This document shows, in pieces, positions 29,963 to 38,588 of a stretch of 64,000 bases of DNA. The stretch comes from Candidatus Aenigmatarchaeota archaeon. GTDB lineage: Archaea > Aenigmatarchaeota > Aenigmatarchaeia > CG10238-14 > SCSR01. Where the stretch lies: positions 1 to 64,000 of the forward strand of contig JAWBWS010000003.1 in assembly GCA_038999725.1 (NCBI GenBank), read 5' to 3'. Within the stretch, counting starts at the first letter, position 1. The number at the start of each line of letters is the position of its first letter. Under the pieces are notes generated by a model. It saw only the letters and a program-made list of their open reading frames with translations, did no database searches and was not told where the DNA came from. The position numbers and the translations under genes are program-made.

Positions 29963-30471
29963 ATTACACCCCAATACCGGTGTATATCTCTCGTAATTTC
30001 TACAAATTTTTCTGTTGGAACAATATACAATCCCACTTTTAAATAGAATTTTCCACCAGTTTGTATGGCAGTTGCAATTTTTCTGCAATCCACTAATTTA
30101 TAATTATACAGCTTCTCAACCTCTTCTATAAGGTCGGATTCTTCATAAACTTTTAATAGAGACTTTGACAATGTTTCTTCGTCTTTTGTAACTTTTTTCA
30201 TAAAAGAGTTGGTTTTAAAATCTGGTGAGGAGAAAAGACAAGCAACCCATTCACTATTTTTGGCTGCTCCATGTAGAAGTGTTGCCAAAACAATTTCTGA
30301 CTCGATACTAAGTTTTTCATCAAAGATCTCAAGGTTGGTGTATAAACCCACAACATCGTTTAGAGAAAGATTTTCATCCGCCCAAAACTCTTGGGAAAAA
30401 CCTAAAATTTCTTCAATTGGATATTTTTTACTAAGTTGTTTTGTGTCTTGGGTAGCAAAATATTCTACCAT
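29959..30471 (-). CDS. Hypothetical protein
   Basis: 170-aa ORF. Confidence 0.65.
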   Translation of the reverse strand: MVEYFATQDTKQLSKKYPIEEILGFSQEFWADENLSLNDVVGLYTNLEIFDEKLSIESEIVLATLLHGAAKNSEWVACLFSSPDFKTNSFMKKVTKDEETLSKSLLKVYEESDLIEEVEKLYNYKLVDCRKIATAIQTGGKFYLKVGLYIVPTEKFVEITRDIHRYWGVI

Positions 30472-30584
30472 TTAATTTGATATTTCTTCTTTAAACATTA
30501 AATGTTTTTTCCAGATAGATTCTTCAAAATATTTAGAGTTTTCTATGAGTATAGAAGAGAAAAAGATTTATAAAGATTTGATTG

Positions 30585-30668
30585 CGCCCAGGGTGGGATT
30601 TGAACCCACACGGTCTTTCGACCACCAGCTCTCCAGGCTGGCGCCATACCAGATTAGGCGACCTGGGC
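30585..30668 (-). tRNA. tRNA-Ser (GGA), no intron, CCA not encoded
   Basis: GCCCAGG/CCTGGGC acceptor, CCAGC-CTGGAGA-GCTGG anticodon arm, variable arm GGTC-GAAA-GACC, G discriminator. Confidence 0.95.
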
Positions 30669-30728
30669 AAATACATGAACCTTAAATAAATTTATTTAGA
30701 CAGATGATTTAAAATTACCAAGCTTCTC

Positions 30729-30869
30729 TCATTCATCAACCAAAGCTTTAGGAGATTTTACAAAAATATGTTTACAATCTTTACATTCATAAGCTTGTGG
30801 ATAACTAGCTTCAATCACCTCTACTCTGTTAGAGCCACACTTAGGGCATTTTTCAAGGCTAATCTTCAT
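30729..30869 (-). CDS. 46-aa CPxCG zinc-ribbon microprotein (not in ORF track)
   Basis: MKISLEKCPKCGSNRVEVIEASYPQAYECKDCKHIFVKSPKALVDE; start overlaps the upstream gene end. Confidence 0.75.
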   Translation of the reverse strand: MKISLEKCPKCGSNRVEVIEASYPQAYECKDCKHIFVKSPKALVDE

Positions 30870-31353
30870 CTCTACACACCTCACAGAGATAGCTTCCATT
30901 AACCTTTTTCAAATAGTCAGACTGATTTTCACAATTTTCGCAAATATTCATGTCGAAATCTTCTTTTTCTTCAGAAATTATGGTTGGATTAAAATTTTTT
31001 GTAATTGTTATTTCAGAATTATGACCAACTTTAAGGAAATCGAAATTGAAGAGTTTGATGAAATTTTCTGCCAATTTTTCATCTTTCGAGTACAAGAAAT
31101 TAAAAACTTCTTTAATGTAGCAGTAAGGACAAATTGGTACTTCAACCATCATCCCACACCTCATACATTTTTCTTTTTCGAAAGAAGATTCAAACAAATT
31201 TTTCAAATTTTCTGAAAATTTCTTGAAGTCGTCTGAAATTTCAAGACAAGAAAGCCATTTTTCAACAGAAGCTTCTAAGCAATTCACACAAATGAAATTG
31301 AAAATTGGTTCCAGACAAAATTTACATACTACTGTTTCTCTCACTTTGAACAC
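30859..31353 (-). CDS. Multi-CxxC zinc-binding protein
   Basis: Six CxxC pairs. Confidence 0.75.
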   Translation of the reverse strand: MFKVRETVVCKFCLEPIFNFICVNCLEASVEKWLSCLEISDDFKKFSENLKNLFESSFEKEKCMRCGMMVEVPICPYCYIKEVFNFLYSKDEKLAENFIKLFNFDFLKVGHNSEITITKNFNPTIISEEKEDFDMNICENCENQSDYLKKVNGSYLCEVCRDED

Positions 31354-31485
31354 CTTTTTATTGAAAAAGATAATTTGGATGATTATAAAAATCTTATGTA
31401 AATTTATTCGAGTCGAATTGTATTGTTTTTAAAAATTTTCCTAGAAAAGAAAAATTTAAATACAGGCAAATCGATTTATTTATCA

Positions 31486-31992
31486 GTGCTGAAGAAGAGA
31501 GAAAGAGAAGTTTTCATTCAACTTCTGGAAAACGCGAGGGTACCAGACAAACATATAGCCAAGCTACTTAACATAACCCAACCAACCGTCACAAGAATAA
31601 GACAAAGATTGGAGAAAATGGGATACATCAAGAAATACAAGCCCGTGGTTGATTTTCAGAAGTTGGGTATGAGTCTTGTAGCATTAACACTTTTCAGGAT
31701 AGCCGATTTTTCAAAGATAGATGTAAAGGGCAAGATGCTTCCAGATTTAAGTAAAATGCCGCAAGTTTTTTTACTTGCCCAAGGTGAGGGCATGGGTAAA
31801 ACTTCTGTGGTAGGCACAATCCACAAAAGTTTTTCTGATTTTGAGGAATGGATGGCAAGCTTGAGAAAAAAACATGGAAAATATATGGAAGATGTTGAAC
31901 ACTTCATTTTTTCAATCAACAAAATCCAGAAAGAATTTTCCTTGGAAGACGCTGTGATAGATATTCTAAGGAGGGGTCAACTTGGAAAGTAG
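31486..31992 (+). CDS. Lrp/AsnC-family transcriptional regulator
   Basis: LENAR.PD..IAK.L.ITQPTV.RIRQRLE..G.IK.Y; GTG start chosen ~24 nt after TTTAAATA. Confidence 0.85.
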   Translation: MLKKREREVFIQLLENARVPDKHIAKLLNITQPTVTRIRQRLEKMGYIKKYKPVVDFQKLGMSLVALTLFRIADFSKIDVKGKMLPDLSKMPQVFLLAQGEGMGKTSVVGTIHKSFSDFEEWMASLRKKHGKYMEDVEHFIFSINKIQKEFSLEDAVIDILRRGQLGK

Positions 31993-32392
31993 AAAAATTG
32001 CCGAAGAAAGCAAGGTGATGGAAGCAATAAAGGAGATACTGAGGAGGAGGCTTAAAGTCGAGTCACAAGAAGAGCTTGCCACTCTTGTTTTGAGAAAGTT
32101 GAAAAAAGAAGATAAGAGCTACACCTTGTCACCAATAAGGGTGAAGAGAATTGCTTTAAAAATTCCAGAAATTGAAGTTAAGGCTAAGACGAAGAAAACT
32201 TTGAAATTGCCAAAAATAGAAAAATGCCCAATTTGTGAGAGTAAAATAAAGCCTATCAAGATAAAAAATTTAGCCAATCAAGAAATCACAATCGGCTACA
32301 AATGTAGTAGCTGTGGCTATCAGAGCGACTTAGAAGCTTTCATGCCAATGAAGTATGCCTTCCTTCTTAAATCAGCTAAACTAAAAGCTTAA
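31982..32392 (+). CDS. Hypothetical protein with C-terminal Zn ribbon
   Basis: CPIC...CSSCGY. Confidence 0.7.
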   Translation: MESRKIAEESKVMEAIKEILRRRLKVESQEELATLVLRKLKKEDKSYTLSPIRVKRIALKIPEIEVKAKTKKTLKLPKIEKCPICESKIKPIKIKNLANQEITIGYKCSSCGYQSDLEAFMPMKYAFLLKSAKLKA

Positions 32393-32397
32393 ATATA

Positions 32398-32414
32398 AGT
32401 AAGAATATCTTACT
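32398..32414 (+). promoter_or_regulatory. Putative antitoxin operator (perfect inverted repeat)
   Basis: AGTAAGA-ATA-TCTTACT between TTAAATATA and the ATG. Confidence 0.6.
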
Positions 32415-32417
32415 AAT

Positions 32418-32696
32418 ATGAAAAGAGAAGAAATATTAGAAATAACAAAAATAAGTTCAAAAGGTCAAATTGTTTTACCTAAGAATATAAGAAAAGAATT
32501 AAATATCAAAAAAGGTAGTTTGTTTGCCCTTACAAAAAAAGGTAAATTAATAATATTAAAGAAAATCGAAAAACCAATTTTGAAAGAAGACCTGATTGCT
32601 CTTAAGAATGTAGAAAAAGCTTGGAGAGAAATAGAAAGTGGAAAATTTAGAAAAGCTAGTAGAGAAGATTTCTTGAAAGAGTTGACCAAATGGTAA
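32418..32696 (+). CDS. AbrB/MazE-type antitoxin
   Basis: TKISSKGQIVLPKNIRKEL. Confidence 0.9.
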   Translation: MKREEILEITKISSKGQIVLPKNIRKELNIKKGSLFALTKKGKLIILKKIEKPILKEDLIALKNVEKAWREIESGKFRKASREDFLKELTKW

Positions 32697-32947
32697 TAAA
32701 AGAGGTAATTTGGACTCAAAAATTTGAGGATGAGTTCAAGAAAGTTAAAGATACTGCTATTAAAGAAAGGATTAAAAAACAAATTGAAAAAATTATTAAA
32801 AATCCTGATGTTGGCAAACCTTTGAGGTTCGAGTTAAAGGGGGAGAGAGCAGTTTACATTAAGTCCTACAGACTTATTTATTCTGCCATCGGAGATAAGT
32901 TATACCTTCTAAGATTTGAGCATAGAAAAAAAGTCTATAGAATTTGA
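32690..32947 (+). CDS. RelE/ParE-family toxin
   Basis: GKPLR..L.G, YRLIY, HRKKVY; overlaps the antitoxin. Confidence 0.9.
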   Translation: MVIKEVIWTQKFEDEFKKVKDTAIKERIKKQIEKIIKNPDVGKPLRFELKGERAVYIKSYRLIYSAIGDKLYLLRFEHRKKVYRI

Positions 32948-33035
32948 ATAGGTTTGTCTATCGCTTATGTCGATGAAGTATATTTTCATTTTAAAGCAAA
33001 GATATAAATAGTTCGCGGAAACATAGTAGTAGCTG

Positions 33036-33660
33036 ATGAGTTACACTTTAGAGATAATTCATGACCAAATAGAAAAGATATTATATCCAGAAAAATTTAC
33101 GCACCACAAAAATCCTCCTCCTAAATTGATGCCCTCTCAGTTGAAAGTTTTGAGAGAATTTTATAATCAGTGTAATGCTGATGGTCTTAGCCCAAAAACT
33201 ACTTTGAATTATTTGAGACATCTTAGAACATTAGGTTTATGTGTAAAAAAGCCTTTTGAGAAGATGACAAAAGATAATTTGGTTTATTTTCTGAATGAAA
33301 GACAGAGACCAGATTTTCTAAGGAAGTTGGGAGTAAGATTTCCTTTACTAAAAGAAAAGCAAGTTTCAGCTAGAACTATGAATGAAATTAAAGTTGTGTT
33401 GAAAAAGTTTTACAAGTGGTACTACAAGACAGATGGTTGGGGAGTTTATCCTGAAGTAGTTAGTTGGATTAAAACCCCTAGAAAATTGAATATTAGTCGA
33501 AAATTACCAGAAGAGTTGCTAACAAAAGAGGATATCAAAGCAATGGCTGATAAAGCTAGCAATCCAAGAGATAGAGCATTAATAATGGTTTTGTATGAGT
33601 CAGATGTAGAGTTGGAGAGGTTGTTTCTCTTAAAATGAAACATGAAATTTATTATGAAAT
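33036..33660 (+). pseudogene. Frameshifted, truncated tyrosine recombinase (XerA/integrase-like)
   Basis: SAM-like N-domain, then RDRALIMVLYES; the expected CRVGEVVSL continues in another frame; catalytic C-terminal part absent. Confidence 0.85.
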
Positions 33661-33662
33661 TT

Positions 33663-36600
33663 TTACTTGGTCCATAACTTCTTATACCAAAGAATAAACA
33701 TTATAACCCCTACAACTGAAACAAATATCACAGCAACTCCTGTTGGTGAAACTATAAATGTAACAAGTCCTCTTAATATCCTCGTGCCAGTTGGTATCCA
33801 TGGTGTTGGTGTTGTGGCAGGTGCTGGACAATCTGCTGGGCAGTTGATGTAATCTTCTCCAGATTCACATACACCATTACCGCAAACTACTTTCTTTTCT
33901 GGTGGTTTAACTTCACAAGTTTGTTTTTCTATTGGTTTGTTTTTTGTTGTTCCACATTTGTTTAAATCAGTACAAATTCTTATTTGCGTTCCATTAACAC
34001 ATTCAGACCATTCAGTACAACTCCAATTTTCCTTACATTCTTCTAGCACTATAGGCGGCGCTCTCCCTCTACCTCCATATTGTAGCGTTGGAGTTGGTAC
34101 CGGTGCTCCAAACAAACCAAAAATACTAAAGTGAGAAGTGTTAGCCCAGACATAATTATTTGTCGTGTCCACACCCCCATATGGTGGGTTGTAGGGAATC
34201 CAAGTTTTGGCTGTGTTATTATAGTAGTAAATTCTTAACGATTCTTCTATAATTCCTGCTGCTGTAACTTCAGCATCTGTGTAATAAATTTTAATTAGTG
34301 CCCATGATAAACTGCTAGTGAGATTGGGATCTACCTTAATTTCTATGTACTTGTTCAAAGCAGTCACACCAATATTAGCAGTTCCAGGGTTCTGAGTATA
34401 TGAGACAATATTTACAGAGGCATTCGATATATTTTGGTTTGTCATTATTTCTAAACTTGTATTGGTAGTTTGAATTGCATTTATGATAGTTGTAACATTT
34501 GCAATTGCTGAAACTGAATTATTTGTATAGTTTCCAGTTGCTCCAACAATCAATGAAAGAGGTAAGCTATAGTTTCCAGCATTTGAAACTATATCCAAAT
34601 TGCCATCAAAACTACCTGGGGTTGTACCAGAGAATGTAATTGTTATATTCGTTGAAAATCTTGGTGGTACATTAAAGCTATTTGGTAAAATAGAGATGTA
34701 GGGTGCGATTGATCCTAAAACAGTTATCGTTCCTCTCGCATTTGTATTTCCATAACTTTTAATTGAAAGAGTTTGATTTGAGAAGCTACCCACATTTAAA
34801 GATACAAGATAAGATGTAGTAGACAAATTAATTAGTGGTGTTGAAAATACTGAAAAGTTTGTGAGACTTGAAGTAGAGTATTGTTTGGTATCGGTCTCCA
34901 CATAATCAAATGTCACATTAACTGTATAATTCCCAGGCGGATTTATACCTGTGTTCCATTTGACTTGGAAGGGAAGAACAGATACCTCGTTTATTTGCAA
35001 ATCGTTCAAAACGATAATTGGGCTATCTGAAATAAATAAAGTTAAATTACCCATTACTAGTCTGTCTTCGGTGTTGTTAATAACTCCGGTGATTATAACA
35101 TCTTCGTAGGCAGAGTAATTGGCTTTGTTGGTGGAGAGTGAAATAGTTATGGGCGCTTTTACAACCTCAACAGTCACCCAGTAAAATCTAGGTTCTTCTA
35201 TTAAAAGTTGGTGTGGAGGTTCACCTATCCACCATTTGAATGATGTGTAGACATCTCCATAATACAAATTGGGGATTGTGTTTTGTGGTACAGAAATTGT
35301 TAAATTAATTAGTTGTTTGTCACTTATATTTGAGAAAGCAGTAGCTGGAGTTATTGTAAGCCAATTCCACACAGTATACCTCCGTTGAGAGATTATTAAA
35401 TTTATCTGATCTTCACCAGCAGGTATATCATAACCTAAGACAACTACTGTCCAATTACCTGTTTTACCTCTAACCCCTGTCTGTAACCAAACCTCTTTAC
35501 CATAAATTGGGTAACCTAAATAGAAACAACTATCCTCATAAGAGCAATAGGCCGATCCGGTAGATGCAGCCAATTTGTTTTCTGGATCGAATAAATAAAG
35601 TCCTAATCCAGTAGTTATATTTTTCCAGCTAAGTTTTAATATAAGGTAATCCGAAATAGAGCCATTAACGAAAAATGTGTAATAATTGTACTTTTTATCT
35701 TTGATTTCATCAGTTATCAATTGACTATGTTGCTCGACTAGTCCATAAGGTGTTAAATCGACATCCATACTGGTATTAGGAAGTAAGTTCCAAAGTGTTA
35801 ATTGAATAGTTTTTACTTCTCCTGGTTGAAGTATATGATACTCAGAACGTGGTAAAATAGATGCTTTTGGAAGTACTACATTTAGTGTAAAAGAAGCATT
35901 TTCTTCTGTCAGAGATGGAGCGTAAATTCCTGCAGTCCACGTACCATTAATTGGGTTGAAGACATAGATGCTTGACCATAACCAATCGTACATAGGAGAA
36001 GACTTTAATATCTTACCATCTGGACTAAAAAGGTATAATTCTAAAATAGGAATTTCCCCACCTCTAGGAGGATTTAAATCAACCTCAAGATAGTCAGCAC
36101 CTTCAGGAACATTAAAGGAATAGAATTTCATTTCATGAGAAGTGATATTATCAGAAATATTAGCTTTATTAAGGTATAAACTCAGTCTTTGACTAACTCC
36201 AACTAAAACGGGAATAATTATATCGTCATTTACAATAATTCTTCCCTGATATTCGCCTTTACTATCATTCGGTATATCTATTCCCATTGTTGGCCAATTA
36301 TTTTCACTAAACCAAGGCCAATCTACAAACCCACTTTTCTCTAATCTTCCGAAAAATTCTTGAGTACCATTTACATACCAACCATATACTTCTCCTCTCC
36401 ATTCTCCTACTACCGGACTTCGAATTGTTATTTCTTCATGAGTAACACCAAGACCCCATGAAGAGCATGTAACCAACTTTCCATCGGGATCATATAAACA
36501 CAAATCCAAATCATTACTTGGATCATCCCAATCGATACTGATAGTAAACCCAATAATAGAAGAGTCTACATCAAAGGTATAATTATAATATTCATGATTT

Positions 36601-38441
36601 CCAATCTCCCCATTGAACAAACTAATATCAATAACTGATGAAAATGTTTCCTCAACTAAGCTCGTAACTTCGATGTTTGATACGTTAAATGTTTGTGTTT
36701 TACTACTTCCTGCTTCTACTATACCTATATTCCATGCTGAGGGCATAATCCATTTATTGTTCTTAGCAGCTTGGTAAGCCTTGTAAGCATCTATTCTACC
36801 ACCACCTTGAACTGTTGGTTTTTGTTTAAGATCTTTGGCGGTATTCATTAATATGGCTTTAACTTGTTCTGGTGTCAAATTGGGGTATGATTGTAGAATT
36901 AGTGCAACTACACCAGCTACATGTGGAGTCGCCATACTAGTTCCACTTGCCGAAGTATAATACTCGCTTATAGGCCAACCCATGTCAGTATTATTTGCTC
37001 TTGCAGAAATTATCCATACACCTGGTGCAACAATGTCTGGCTTAATTCTTTCATCTGTAGTTGGACCTTCACTGCTAAACCATGCTATGTTATCAAAATT
37101 ATCAGTAGCACCAACTGTTATGGCTTTCTTGGCACAACCAGGAGCTAAAATTGCTCTAACATCATAAGAATTGCCAGCTGCAACAATTACATTAACACCT
37201 CTATCTACAGCAGAATCAACAGCTAAAGACATAGGATCTGAGCCATCACAGATAGGAACCCTCCCACCTAAACTCATACTTATTATTTTAGCTCCAGAAT
37301 CAACAGCCCATTCTATACCTGCTATTATATCAGACTCAAAGCCATGTCCATAATCATCAAGAACTTTTCCGTTTAATAATTGAACCCCTTCAGGGGCAAC
37401 TCCTTTAAAAATATCTGCTTGATTATCCCAATCAACATCTAAAGCAATTGTAATGTTATTTTCATTTTCCTCAATATCTTCTAACATTTGGTATGCTTCA
37501 CTATAATAATAATTAGATATGAAATGCTCTCCAACAGAGGCGACGGCCTGGTCATAAATTGTGTTGAAATCACCGTCCTCATCTAAGTAAACAAGATAAT
37601 TTGTTTCGCTATTAGTCACAAGAACATAATAATTCTTTACTTCTAGCCAATCAACCCACCAACCAAAATTTAAAAGTAAGTCGATTCTACCTACATGATA
37701 AATACCATCGTTATCACTAGGTAGATTAGCTAAATTTAAAGATGAACAATTTTCAACTGTGCAAATAGTTGATGTGTCAACAACTCTCTTGGATCCATTG
37801 CCACTACCTGCTATTATAGCAGCAACATGTGTACCATGACCAAAATAGTCATTAGGATCTAATTTACCATCAAATAATGTAAAATCTTTTTCAGCTACAA
37901 TTTTTCCTTCTAATCCAGGATGATTTTTATCAATTCCTGTATCTAGTACAGCTACTTTAACTTCAGTTACAGATCTAGTTTCATTCCAAACTAATGGTGC
38001 GTTAATTAGTGGTGCACTCTTGAAAAGTTGAGGTGTTATATTAAATGCCTGATATTTTTTCAGAAGTAGTTCGTTCAAATCAAAATTTTCTTCAGAAAGT
38101 GCATATACTTTTTTATCAAGATAAACCTTTTTTACATTAGTAGAGTTTGATAAATTTAAAAGTATTTCAAGAGAAACATTAGCTGCAAATGCGTTAATTA
38201 AATGATATTTATACTTTGGTTGAACACCTACCATATCTACTTTAGCAGATGGTTGCAAAATAACAATGACCGGAACCTTCGATGGAATTTCATTTTGAAT
38301 AAAATCAATAATGGAAGGGTCTACTCTCTTTGATGAAACTAACTCTTGTATCAGATGTTGGGAAGATATAGCAAAAACATTGTCGATAAAAAATAGAAAA
38401 CAGAAAAATACTATCACACTTAATAACAACCCATTCTTCAT
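33663..38441 (-). CDS. Membrane-anchored multidomain S8 (subtilisin-like) serine protease
   Basis: Signal peptide, prodomain, LDTG/HGTHVA/SGTSMATP triad, PPC-like and Ig-like repeats, Cys-rich motifs, C-terminal TM. Confidence 0.93.
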   Translation of the reverse strand: MKNGLLLSVIVFFCFLFFIDNVFAISSQHLIQELVSSKRVDPSIIDFIQNEIPSKVPVIVILQPSAKVDMVGVQPKYKYHLINAFAANVSLEILLNLSNSTNVKKVYLDKKVYALSEENFDLNELLLKKYQAFNITPQLFKSAPLINAPLVWNETRSVTEVKVAVLDTGIDKNHPGLEGKIVAEKDFTLFDGKLDPNDYFGHGTHVAAIIAGSGNGSKRVVDTSTICTVENCSSLNLANLPSDNDGIYHVGRIDLLLNFGWWVDWLEVKNYYVLVTNSETNYLVYLDEDGDFNTIYDQAVASVGEHFISNYYYSEAYQMLEDIEENENNITIALDVDWDNQADIFKGVAPEGVQLLNGKVLDDYGHGFESDIIAGIEWAVDSGAKIISMSLGGRVPICDGSDPMSLAVDSAVDRGVNVIVAAGNSYDVRAILAPGCAKKAITVGATDNFDNIAWFSSEGPTTDERIKPDIVAPGVWIISARANNTDMGWPISEYYTSASGTSMATPHVAGVVALILQSYPNLTPEQVKAILMNTAKDLKQKPTVQGGGRIDAYKAYQAAKNNKWIMPSAWNIGIVEAGSSKTQTFNVSNIEVTSLVEETFSSVIDISLFNGEIGNHEYYNYTFDVDSSIIGFTISIDWDDPSNDLDLCLYDPDGKLVTCSSWGLGVTHEEITIRSPVVGEWRGEVYGWYVNGTQEFFGRLEKSGFVDWPWFSENNWPTMGIDIPNDSKGEYQGRIIVNDDIIIPVLVGVSQRLSLYLNKANISDNITSHEMKFYSFNVPEGADYLEVDLNPPRGGEIPILELYLFSPDGKILKSSPMYDWLWSSIYVFNPINGTWTAGIYAPSLTEENASFTLNVVLPKASILPRSEYHILQPGEVKTIQLTLWNLLPNTSMDVDLTPYGLVEQHSQLITDEIKDKKYNYYTFFVNGSISDYLILKLSWKNITTGLGLYLFDPENKLAASTGSAYCSYEDSCFYLGYPIYGKEVWLQTGVRGKTGNWTVVVLGYDIPAGEDQINLIISQRRYTVWNWLTITPATAFSNISDKQLINLTISVPQNTIPNLYYGDVYTSFKWWIGEPPHQLLIEEPRFYWVTVEVVKAPITISLSTNKANYSAYEDVIITGVINNTEDRLVMGNLTLFISDSPIIVLNDLQINEVSVLPFQVKWNTGINPPGNYTVNVTFDYVETDTKQYSTSSLTNFSVFSTPLINLSTTSYLVSLNVGSFSNQTLSIKSYGNTNARGTITVLGSIAPYISILPNSFNVPPRFSTNITITFSGTTPGSFDGNLDIVSNAGNYSLPLSLIVGATGNYTNNSVSAIANVTTIINAIQTTNTSLEIMTNQNISNASVNIVSYTQNPGTANIGVTALNKYIEIKVDPNLTSSLSWALIKIYYTDAEVTAAGIIEESLRIYYYNNTAKTWIPYNPPYGGVDTTNNYVWANTSHFSIFGLFGAPVPTPTLQYGGRGRAPPIVLEECKENWSCTEWSECVNGTQIRICTDLNKCGTTKNKPIEKQTCEVKPPEKKVVCGNGVCESGEDYINCPADCPAPATTPTPWIPTGTRILRGLVTFIVSPTGVAVIFVSVVGVIMFILWYKKLWTK

Positions 38442-38588
38442 TTCACCACTTGAACTACTTAATTTTTATTTAAGAGATTTAGAGATTTAAATTTTACCAA
38501 TTTAATACTGCTGACGGCTTCGCCTAGTGATGCTTTGGGATTAATAAGTGTAATTGATAAAGTATTTCCGAAAGCTGGGATTTGTAGC

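Noticed and set aside
33590..33660. Programmed frameshift producing an active integrase
   Set aside because: No slippery site, and the shifted frame lacks the HxxR and catalytic Tyr region
37410..37790. Intein in the subtilase
   Set aside because: No N-terminal C/S block A and no HN-C/S/T terminus
38505..38585. IS end or structured RNA around GGCTTCGCC
   Set aside because: The stem is too short and there is no partner repeat or transposase
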